Source: an uncultured bacterium (lineage in GTDB: Bacteria; CAYUVA01). Taken from it: DNA of 64,000 nucleotides. Within the stretch, counting starts at the first letter, position 1; each line of letters begins with the position of its first letter. The stretch covers positions 43,608-107,607 of the forward strand of contig CAYUVA010000006.1 in assembly GCA_964448115.1 (NCBI GenBank). The letters are read 5' to 3'. Positions 39,210 to 46,957 of the stretch are shown here, piece after piece. The notes below the pieces were generated by a model. It did not search any database. It was not told where the DNA came from and saw nothing but the letters and a program-made list of their open reading frames with translations. The translations under genes and the position numbers were made by a program.

Positions 39210-39365
39210 CCTTGAAATGAGAGGGGGAAGTGATATTATAAGCCATCGAAAACGGTTCGTATCGTGCGAGGCTAGAGCGACCTATCGATCTAGCCTGTGA
39301 TACGATCTGATATGGCAAAAACAAATGGCCTTATGTAAAAATGAGAAAGATGCGGGAGGACAAGG

Positions 39366-40205
39366 ATGCGAGAGATCCATGTAGATGAGATAGCGAAGCT
39401 GGTTGCGCCACTGACCTACCAGGCGAACTACTACCTTGGTGAAGATGTACTCAATTCCCTTAAAGAGGGGCTGGAAAAGGAAATAAGCCCTGCTGGCAAG
39501 GATATCTTCAGGCAGCTTATCAAGAATGCAGAGATCGCCCGTGATGAGCAGATGCCGATCTGCCAGGACTGCGGTCTGGCGGTCTATTTTGTCGAGCTGG
39601 GCGTGGATGTGCATATAGTCGGCGGCACCCTGCGCGATGCATTGGAGCAGGCTACACGAGTCGGCTACAAGGAGGGCTACCTGCGCAAATCTACCTGCGA
39701 CCCATTCACCAGAAAAAACATAGGGGACAACACCCCCAGTATTATTCATCTCGAGCAGGTTCCCGGCGACAAGATAAAGATCATCTTTGCTCCCAAGGGT
39801 GGTGGCAGCGAGAATATGAGCCGGGTTACAATGTTGGCACCTTCACAGGGAATTGAGGGAGTAAAGAAATTCGTAGTCAATCGCGTGTCAGAAGCTGGCG
39901 CTAATCCATGTCCTCCGATAGTAGTCGGCATCGGTGTCGGGGGTACATTCGAGCGCTCGGCTTATCTTGCAAAAAAGGCGCTTATCCGTGAGTTCGGACA
40001 GAGAAATCCCGAAGAGCGTTTCGCAAACTTCGAGCGCGAGGTCTGGGAGGAGTGTAACAAGCTCGGCATCGGTCCACAGGGGCTGGGTGGCAGGTTCACC
40101 GTCCTGGAAGTATTCATGGAGGTGGAGCCTTGTCATATCGCAAGCCTACCCTGTGCGGTAAATATAAACTGCCATGCGACAAGACATAAGGAGATATTGA
40201 TATAG
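39366..40205 (+). CDS. Fumarate hydratase class I / Fe-S hydro-lyase, alpha subunit (TtdA/FumA N-terminal type)
   Basis: A 279-aa protein with the motifs ...DEQMPICQDCGLAVYFVELG... and ...KGGGSENMSR.... No beta subunit gene is adjacent. Confidence 0.75.
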   Translation: MREIHVDEIAKLVAPLTYQANYYLGEDVLNSLKEGLEKEISPAGKDIFRQLIKNAEIARDEQMPICQDCGLAVYFVELGVDVHIVGGTLRDALEQATRVGYKEGYLRKSTCDPFTRKNIGDNTPSIIHLEQVPGDKIKIIFAPKGGGSENMSRVTMLAPSQGIEGVKKFVVNRVSEAGANPCPPIVVGIGVGGTFERSAYLAKKALIREFGQRNPEERFANFEREVWEECNKLGIGPQGLGGRFTVLEVFMEVEPCHIASLPCAVNINCHATRHKEILI

Positions 40206-40268
40206 GCTTTAGGCTTTAGGCTTTAGGCTTTAGGCTTTAGGCTTTAGGCTTTAGGCTTTAGGCTTTAG
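40204..40268. repeat. Tandem heptamer array (AGGCTTT)x9, beginning at the fumA-alpha stop codon
   Basis: Nine perfect 7-nt units were read directly. Confidence 0.95.
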
Positions 40269-40630
40269 TTTTTGGAAGAGCGAAGTGAGGCAATTAGACC
40301 TTGGAGAACCCTGCAAGCTTCTTGTTGAAGAACCGATAATTTTCTATGCTGGTCGCGTTTCAGGTAGCCAAGATCTTTTGACAAATCAAGTAGATAGGCA
40401 ATCTCGAAAAGAGAACCAAGTGAAATTCCTAGGAAGTGTACATAATCGCGTTGTGAAAACCTGGCACTACCTTCGACTATATTTGTTGGAACTGAAACAG
40501 CAGCGCGCCTTAGCTGAGATGTCAAACCATACAACTCTTCCTTTGGAAAGTATTGTGTTTCCTTGTAGATCTCTTTCACCAAACAATCGGCAAGTTCGAA
40601 TGCTTTTAGCCTATGATAATCCCTGGGCAT
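40265..40630 (-). CDS. Four-helix-bundle protein (23S rRNA intervening-sequence protein family)
   Basis: A 121-aa protein. The motif ...RRAAVSVPTNIVEGSARFSQRD... matches the family signature. Confidence 0.75.
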   Translation of the reverse strand: MPRDYHRLKAFELADCLVKEIYKETQYFPKEELYGLTSQLRRAAVSVPTNIVEGSARFSQRDYVHFLGISLGSLFEIAYLLDLSKDLGYLKRDQHRKLSVLQQEACRVLQGLIASLRSSKN

Positions 40631-40689
40631 ACTTGAAAACTAACATAAATAAAGAAAAAAACAACAAAAAACTATTTTCCCAAAAGCAA

Positions 40690-40731
40690 AAAGCCAAGAG
40701 CCTAAAGCCTAAAGCCTAAAGCCTAAAGCCT
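40690..40731. repeat. Inverted copy of the heptamer array: (AAAGCCT)x4 perfect plus 2 degenerate units
   Basis: It is the reverse complement of the 40204-40268 array, so together they bracket the four-helix-bundle gene. Confidence 0.9.
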
Positions 40732-40739
40732 TAAAAACC

Positions 40740-42392
40740 ATGCGATTGCCTTTTAAACGATATGGGCGACCATTCTTGGTACTGCTGGGCATTGCCCTAA
40801 CGCTCGGAATAGTGCTTAGAGTTATGGGGCTTGGCTGGGGGATCGGACCCGATCTGTTTCACCCCGATGAGTGGAAGATCGTCAACGATGTGATCCTGAT
40901 TAACGATGGTAATTTCAAGCTCGGAGACTACAATTATCCGAGCGGATTTCACTATATTTGCTCGCTGGTAACTTTCATAGCTGCCAAGGTTGGCATAATC
41001 TGGGAATCCCTGTACAGTCCTCATATTCAATTACTCTGTCGCTGGATGACCATTTTGTTCGCCATGGCGAGCATAGTATTTATAGCTCTTTGCGGAGCGA
41101 GGCTTTATTCATGGCGAGTTGGTGCTTTCTCAGCCCTCTTTTTAGCCATTGCCACTATCCATGTAGTGCACTCGCATTACTGCACGGTTGATGTTGCAGC
41201 CACCGCCTGGATTCTATTCGTGCTTTATATCTCCACTTTTATCCTGGAAAAACCGAGTATGAAGCATTATATCTGGGCGGGTATCGGGGCTGGATTGGCA
41301 GCAGCCACCAAGTACAATGCTGGTCTGGCAGTAGTTATGCCTATAACAGCACATTTATTGAACTCGATCGCCGGCGATAGCCTCAATTATAAGCTGAAAA
41401 GCTTATTCAGGGCATTATTTTCATTCCGCCTGGTGGTCTTGGGATTCGTTGCCCTGATTGCCTTTATCGCGCTGGTTCCCTATGCGGTGCTTGACTTTCA
41501 GTGGGTCATAGTTGATGGCATGATCAAGCAGATACGCCAAGCCAAGGAGGGACCGGACTTCATGCCATACATGGATAAACCGCCCGGCTGGTATTATTAT
41601 CTAATTGAATTACTCCCCATAAGCATGGGGGCGCCGCTTTTAGCCCTATGCCTACTTGGCGGAATGATAACCCTCACCCGCTGGCGAAGGGCTGATATCA
41701 TCCTTTTGTCGTTCTTGGTGCCTTATTATCTGGGGCTTGGGTCAGCAAGCCTGATGTTCATTCGCCACGCGTTGTTTTTAGTCCCCATCCTGGTGTTATG
41801 GGGAGGTATAAGCTCGGATTGGTTGATAGGCATCCATGAAAAGTCGAAGAATAAGCTGGTCGCTTATGTTCCGATTACCCTTCTCGCCATGGTGCTCATC
41901 TATTCATTGGCACATTCGCTAGCTCACTCGCTGCTGTTTGTGCGCAAGGACACCAGGGATCAGGCAATGGAATACCTGGTTCAGTGCTACGATCCCCTGA
42001 CACCGATCGGTGTTATGATAAGTCCAGTAGGTCTTGATCGCTCAGATAAGCCTGCCTTGCATGAATTCTTTGATAATATATGTTTAGGATATTACCTACA
42101 GGAGATCTTCGAGTATAAGCCAGAAGTAATGGTATTTAGCAATTATGACTACCGACAGATCTTGCGTATGCACCATAAGCTAAAGCGTAGCGAGTGGCCG
42201 CACCAGCGCGATATGGTCTGGGAAGCTGACCTTTGGAGGATATTTCTCGCTGAAAGGTTCGATGGATGGTGGGAGGAAGCCAGGTTAGAGCGCAGGGCAA
42301 CCTTGCTTGGCATGGATTTCTCCGCTGATTGGATACCGCACGACTGGATGTACCTTAACCCAACAGTTCATATATTTAGACGAGATAACTGA
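40740..42392 (+). CDS. GT-C membrane glycosyltransferase, PMT/ArnT-like (family 39/83-like)
   Basis: A polytopic protein. The first-loop motif FHPDEWKIVNDV is present. Confidence 0.6.
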   Translation: MRLPFKRYGRPFLVLLGIALTLGIVLRVMGLGWGIGPDLFHPDEWKIVNDVILINDGNFKLGDYNYPSGFHYICSLVTFIAAKVGIIWESLYSPHIQLLCRWMTILFAMASIVFIALCGARLYSWRVGAFSALFLAIATIHVVHSHYCTVDVAATAWILFVLYISTFILEKPSMKHYIWAGIGAGLAAATKYNAGLAVVMPITAHLLNSIAGDSLNYKLKSLFRALFSFRLVVLGFVALIAFIALVPYAVLDFQWVIVDGMIKQIRQAKEGPDFMPYMDKPPGWYYYLIELLPISMGAPLLALCLLGGMITLTRWRRADIILLSFLVPYYLGLGSASLMFIRHALFLVPILVLWGGISSDWLIGIHEKSKNKLVAYVPITLLAMVLIYSLAHSLAHSLLFVRKDTRDQAMEYLVQCYDPLTPIGVMISPVGLDRSDKPALHEFFDNICLGYYLQEIFEYKPEVMVFSNYDYRQILRMHHKLKRSEWPHQRDMVWEADLWRIFLAERFDGWWEEARLERRATLLGMDFSADWIPHDWMYLNPTVHIFRRDN

Positions 42393-42487
42393 GTTACACC
42401 GCATGGACGAGTGCTTGGGCTATACCTGGCTTGGAATTATTGCTTTACTGATTTTGTTTCTTTAGAATATCCTATTGAGTTGACATA

Positions 42488-43549
42488 ATGGAAGTGCTTA
42501 TCAAGACAGCGGCTCGGCAGCCAATCTTGCTTCTACTGCTAGTGGCTCTTTATTTTCTACCGGTTATTGCTTGTGCACAGGAGAATCTTATCCCAAGACA
42601 TCCTCCCGAATCGCCATTTGGCATAAATATCCATCTACTGGACTGCGGCTCGTCGGAATGGGGTTTAGTGGAATATCTCGGCGTGGACTGGGTTAGGGTC
42701 GATTTCAACTGGGCTGATATAGAAGTTCAGGATAACCAGTATATCTGGAACCTGACCGAATCGAACTATTATGATTGCACTGCCCAGACAGCTAATAAAC
42801 TTGGCTTGAATGTATTTGCAACCATATCCAAGACCCCATCGTGGCTCGGCGAGAGTAACTCGGTTCCTGAAGTTCATGCCTGGATGGAATTTGTTCGCCA
42901 TGTAGTCGAACGCTATGATGGAGATGGATACGCCGATGCGCCGGGATCTCCTGTTATACGATACTGGGGGATGTGGAACGAGCCAGACAATACGGCATTT
43001 TTCACCGGCACTCTGGAGCAATATCGCGAGATCATCCTAAAGCCCGGATATCGTGCAGCCAAGAGCGCAGACCCGACCTGCAAGGTTGTGGGGCTGGCGG
43101 CAGCGGAGTACCTCTATCTGGGCTGGAATTGGGAGCCTATCTTCGATGATGGCGGAATAAATGCGCTCGATATAATTAGCACCCACGAGTACTACTACGA
43201 TGGCGATCCACTATACGAGGTGCTCAATGTGCTCGGAATTCTCGATGATCTCAACCCTTACGGCATACAGAAGGAGATCTGGATTACCGAGACCGGCTCA
43301 TATACTTATGGCGGTTCCCGCAAGGTAAGCGAGGCAGAGCAGGCCAAGAAGCTGAGAGAGATGTGCCATCATCTGATGTGTTTCTACAATGTGAGTAAGG
43401 TCTTCTTCTATGAGCTGAAGGACCTCCCCAACAGCGCTGGTTGGGGGCTTTTCAACATGAACAATACTCCCAAGCAGGCTGCCATTGCCTACCGGGAGAT
43501 CATCGAGCGATACAAGTGCAAACAGGGCGGAGATGTAACGCTGCCATGA
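42488..43549 (+). CDS. Secreted clan GH-A (GH5/GH39-like) glycoside hydrolase
   Basis: A signal peptide is present. The acid/base motif WNEPD and nucleophile motif WITETG are present. Confidence 0.5.
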   Translation: MEVLIKTAARQPILLLLLVALYFLPVIACAQENLIPRHPPESPFGINIHLLDCGSSEWGLVEYLGVDWVRVDFNWADIEVQDNQYIWNLTESNYYDCTAQTANKLGLNVFATISKTPSWLGESNSVPEVHAWMEFVRHVVERYDGDGYADAPGSPVIRYWGMWNEPDNTAFFTGTLEQYREIILKPGYRAAKSADPTCKVVGLAAAEYLYLGWNWEPIFDDGGINALDIISTHEYYYDGDPLYEVLNVLGILDDLNPYGIQKEIWITETGSYTYGGSRKVSEAEQAKKLREMCHHLMCFYNVSKVFFYELKDLPNSAGWGLFNMNNTPKQAAIAYREIIERYKCKQGGDVTLP

Positions 43550-44829
43550 TATCACAATATCGATCATTTCTGATATTGACGCTCATCTTCTACTCGATCA
43601 TACAAGCTGGCTGTCGGGAGGACTCGGTGATATTGCCATTGGAGGGGAGGGATTGGATGCGTATTGAGGCGGCGCAGATGGATGCCTCTGGGAGCCTGGA
43701 GGTAATAGCAGCCAACTACCAGGACAACGCCATCTTCGTTCTATCCGATGATGTCTCCCTGGGATGGCAGATAACTTACAAGATTGAACCTAATTTCCAG
43801 CTCGCCGATTTCATTGTGCTTGACTTCGGTGGGGGAAGGCTGAATCCATACTCGGCAAAGGATGATATTGCATATCTGCTCAAGGAATATACCCGCTATA
43901 ACACCGTGTTTATCAACCATTATTTGCAGGGAAACAAGTATGCCTTTCATGGCTGGGACATCAATCATCTAACCACCGGCGATATCGATGGAGACGGCAA
44001 CCATGAAGTCCTGTTCACTAACACATCGACTATGGGCTTCGATACCGAGCAGATCGTCTGCCTTGACCTGGTTAGCGGCATCATGGAGGAGATCATTGTG
44101 TGCGATGTGGTCATGGATTGGTGCCAGTTGATCTGCGGGGATGTGAGCGGGGACGGCGCTGATGAGGTGATCGCTGCCTCGAGGAAGTATGGTGTTATAG
44201 TGATATTCAGGTTCTGCCCTACTGACAGGAGTTTTCATATATATAAGAAGGCTTACCTGACCACCCCGATGTACGCTGGGCATATAGCGGATATGCAGAT
44301 GGCCGATAACCGTCTCTTTGTTGCCTCGGAGACACACCCCAGGGGAACTGTATTCGAGTTCATCCCTGAAGTGCTCCCCTGGCAGTATGGCTTCATTCAA
44401 AGACCGGTCGAGACCAACCCGTTTTATACCGCTCCAACGATTAGTACCGCTGATCTCGATGGAAATGGCGATATCGAGGTGGTATTCGCCAGCAAAGATC
44501 GCGGGGAGCTGTTCGCCTACGATATCGTAAATAACAACTGGCAACGAAATATCATTGCTGATATCGGAGTTCCAATAAAAGATATGGTTGCTGGCAGATT
44601 CTTAAGTCCATTCAGGCAGCAGGTGGCAGTGATCTATGATCAGGATCAACCAATATACCTGTATTCATTGCAAGATGGGCAAAAGGGATATGGTATCAAG
44701 CAGTTGACCGATCAAGGCAACAGGTTCCATGAGGCTGGCGCGGTCGATATCTATCAAGATGGTATCGATGAGCTTTTAATCGGCTGCCAGCAGGGTATCA
44801 TGCTCATCAGTCCGATCGCTGCCCAGTAA
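43546..44829 (+). CDS. FG-GAP/VCBS-repeat beta-propeller lipoprotein
   Basis: The ATG overlaps the upstream stop (ATGA). A lipobox ...IIQAGC is present. Repeats GDIDGDGNHEV, GDVSGDGADEV and ADLDGNGDIEV are present. Confidence 0.55.
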   Translation: MISQYRSFLILTLIFYSIIQAGCREDSVILPLEGRDWMRIEAAQMDASGSLEVIAANYQDNAIFVLSDDVSLGWQITYKIEPNFQLADFIVLDFGGGRLNPYSAKDDIAYLLKEYTRYNTVFINHYLQGNKYAFHGWDINHLTTGDIDGDGNHEVLFTNTSTMGFDTEQIVCLDLVSGIMEEIIVCDVVMDWCQLICGDVSGDGADEVIAASRKYGVIVIFRFCPTDRSFHIYKKAYLTTPMYAGHIADMQMADNRLFVASETHPRGTVFEFIPEVLPWQYGFIQRPVETNPFYTAPTISTADLDGNGDIEVVFASKDRGELFAYDIVNNNWQRNIIADIGVPIKDMVAGRFLSPFRQQVAVIYDQDQPIYLYSLQDGQKGYGIKQLTDQGNRFHEAGAVDIYQDGIDELLIGCQQGIMLISPIAAQ

Positions 44830-44957
44830 TCGACGCGGGTAGCGTAAACAAGTGGTCATTTATCCGAGCCGTGAGTTTAAGCGAGCGTTTATTCATTGCA
44901 ATTGATCACTCCCTAACAGTCGTGGCTCGGATTAGGGGCGCTGCCCAGTAATCTACG
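44818..44957. repeat. MITE-like element: 18-bp direct repeats GCTGCCCAGTAATC(G/T)ACG flanking about 104 bp with imperfect terminal inverted repeats ATCCGAGCCGTGAG / CAGTCGTGGCTCGGAT
   Basis: Read directly. The GGCTCGGAT core recurs at 53404 and 54143. Confidence 0.45.
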
Positions 44958-46358
44958 AAAGTTATCCCCTAATGAAGAAAAGATAAGCATCACCAGCAGC
45001 CCATACAAAGGCACAAAGATGCGCTCGAAGGACTGGATGATCACCACCTTAAGTGTTTCTGCGCCCGGTGCGCTCATGGATAATAACGATAATACTGCAA
45101 GATAAAGCAGGATCGGCGTTGTTAATAACCGGTTCTTATTGCTCCTTGTGAAATTCCTCGGAGCTAATAGAAACAGGATGGTCAATACAGTCCACAAATA
45201 TAGCCAGCAACCATCAAGGGCTATATCGTTTATAAAGCTGCTCCAGAAAATAAAGAGGTGATCAAGGTTGGATAGTATATGTAGCATTCCTGGTAACGAT
45301 AGCTCCAGGTAGTGAGCCTGCACTGCGCCCAGACCATGAACAAGGCAAAATACCTGCCAGGGTAGCACAATAAAGAAAAAAGAGAGGATGATAGGTAGCA
45401 GCCTAATAGCTTTCCTTGTTGGCGATCGCACCACCAGTACTGCGATGGCAAATCCGATGGATAATACAAGCCCCTCGTTCTTGATCATAGCTGATTGAGC
45501 ACAAAACAGCGAGGCTAGAACCAAAGCTGCTCTATCCTTTCTCTTTAGCCACCTGAGTAACCATCTCGCTGTCGCCGCCAGATATAGCCCCAGGCATAAA
45601 TCTACCTGCGCAACCACAGCTTGACTTAGAATAAGTGGGGAACTGCAGAAGATTAGGGAGATCACAAGGTTGACCCACTTTAATTCTGGATTCAATCCAC
45701 CCAGCCCCTGTGCGATGACCAGCACGAATAATAACCATAATAAAGTGGGAATTAGCTTGATCAGCCGCTCGTTGAACGAGCCGGCAAAATGGCAAACCCA
45801 AACCCCAAGCAGCGGGAAATGAAGCGGATAGTTTAAGGTAAGCGGATGCAACAATGGCATGGTAGCATTGGGATCAACCCTCGGATAAGGAGGATCCTGA
45901 TAGCGACCTGGATCTGTGAAATGCTCACCTAGCTCCCCCTGGTAATACAACAGCTTCGCCTTTAAGCCCCACACCGCGTACTCATCCAACTGTCGGAAGC
46001 CGAAATCGACTGAGGTGCTCGCCAAGGAAGCAACCAAAACCCCCATTATCCCTATTAGGGCAGTAGTGCGCTTCCATCTTATGGATAAGCATATAGAATA
46101 TAGATTTTCCCCTAGTCTCCAGAATCTAATTACGCAAACAAGAAAAGTGAAAAATAACATCAAACCCAACCAAAATGTAATGGTTAATCTGATGCCAACA
46201 AGTAACATGAGGTTTCCCGTAAAGCCGATCATTACAAGCCCCAGAAGCATTCCCCAAAGCATCACTTCGCCGAGCCTTTTGGCTTTTTGAGCGATGGACA
46301 AGTAGAGCAGGCAGCCCAGTAACAGCGGTATGAAAAGGCTGAGAACGACTGTCAGCAC
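44913..46358 (-). CDS. Polytopic membrane protein (possible GT-C glycosyltransferase or polymerase/ligase-like); last 14 codons encoded by the repeat element
   Basis: An ORF of about 12 TM. The C-terminal ...LLGSAPNPSHDC maps onto 44916-44957. Confidence 0.45.
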   Translation of the reverse strand: MLTVVLSLFIPLLLGCLLYLSIAQKAKRLGEVMLWGMLLGLVMIGFTGNLMLLVGIRLTITFWLGLMLFFTFLVCVIRFWRLGENLYSICLSIRWKRTTALIGIMGVLVASLASTSVDFGFRQLDEYAVWGLKAKLLYYQGELGEHFTDPGRYQDPPYPRVDPNATMPLLHPLTLNYPLHFPLLGVWVCHFAGSFNERLIKLIPTLLWLLFVLVIAQGLGGLNPELKWVNLVISLIFCSSPLILSQAVVAQVDLCLGLYLAATARWLLRWLKRKDRAALVLASLFCAQSAMIKNEGLVLSIGFAIAVLVVRSPTRKAIRLLPIILSFFFIVLPWQVFCLVHGLGAVQAHYLELSLPGMLHILSNLDHLFIFWSSFINDIALDGCWLYLWTVLTILFLLAPRNFTRSNKNRLLTTPILLYLAVLSLLSMSAPGAETLKVVIIQSFERIFVPLYGLLVMLIFSSLGDNFRRLLGSAPNPSHDC

Positions 46359-46369
46359 AGATAGGATTA

Positions 46370-46954
46370 TTACCGTTCCTCCTTTCTTTTCAGAATATAA
46401 GCTGATTCGCTGTATGCCAGGACTTTCTCATACTTACTTTCCAGGATGTTTCGCAACTCCTCATCCTCCAGCTTCAGGGGATCCCTGAAATATACTAGCG
46501 CATATTCGGCATCCGGTGGCAGTGCCCAGATATCACGCGGCGCAAGCAGATACTCGGCGCGCACATAATGATAGGGAAAGTCGGCGATCATCAATAGAAA
46601 TACAGAGTCATCCTGGTTGATCATCGCGCAACTGGCTGCTAGGAAATTCTCCAGCAAGGTAAATTTTGATGGCAACCCGGAACTGCTATATTCAGCTTGC
46701 AAATAATCCCGATTGAAAGTCAAACAATTCCAGAGATCTGGCACTGATTTAATTACCCCTAGTAGCAAAAAAACAAGCGCCAGGGTTAATGCGTATCCTC
46801 TCCATATACGAAGCGCCTGTGCCCATCGAGCCTTTCTAAGCGCCACTAAGGTCAGCATGACTAGCCAAAATAGAACTATAAATAAACCAGCAATGACCTC
46901 GAGACGATTCAATCCCCAGGTGAGAGCATAAAAGCGTAAGGCAGGCAAGCTCAA
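46370..46954 (-). CDS. Hypothetical membrane protein (194 aa)
   Basis: ORF with 2-3 TM segments. Confidence 0.4.
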   Translation of the reverse strand: MSLPALRFYALTWGLNRLEVIAGLFIVLFWLVMLTLVALRKARWAQALRIWRGYALTLALVFLLLGVIKSVPDLWNCLTFNRDYLQAEYSSSGLPSKFTLLENFLAASCAMINQDDSVFLLMIADFPYHYVRAEYLLAPRDIWALPPDAEYALVYFRDPLKLEDEELRNILESKYEKVLAYSESAYILKRKEER

Positions 46955-46957
46955 CCG

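Noticed and set aside
39282-39749. A 155-aa ORF on the minus strand overlaps the start of fumA-alpha.
   Set aside because: It overlaps the well-supported fumarate hydratase alpha gene and shows no recognisable family.
40204-40731. The tandem heptamer arrays could be a CRISPR array or a telomere-like repeat (TTTAGGC resembles plant and nematode telomeric units).
   Set aside because: The units are 7 bp with no spacers, so it is not a CRISPR. The two arrays are inverted copies bracketing a single IVS-type gene in a bacterial chromosomal context, and the telomere resemblance is judged coincidental.
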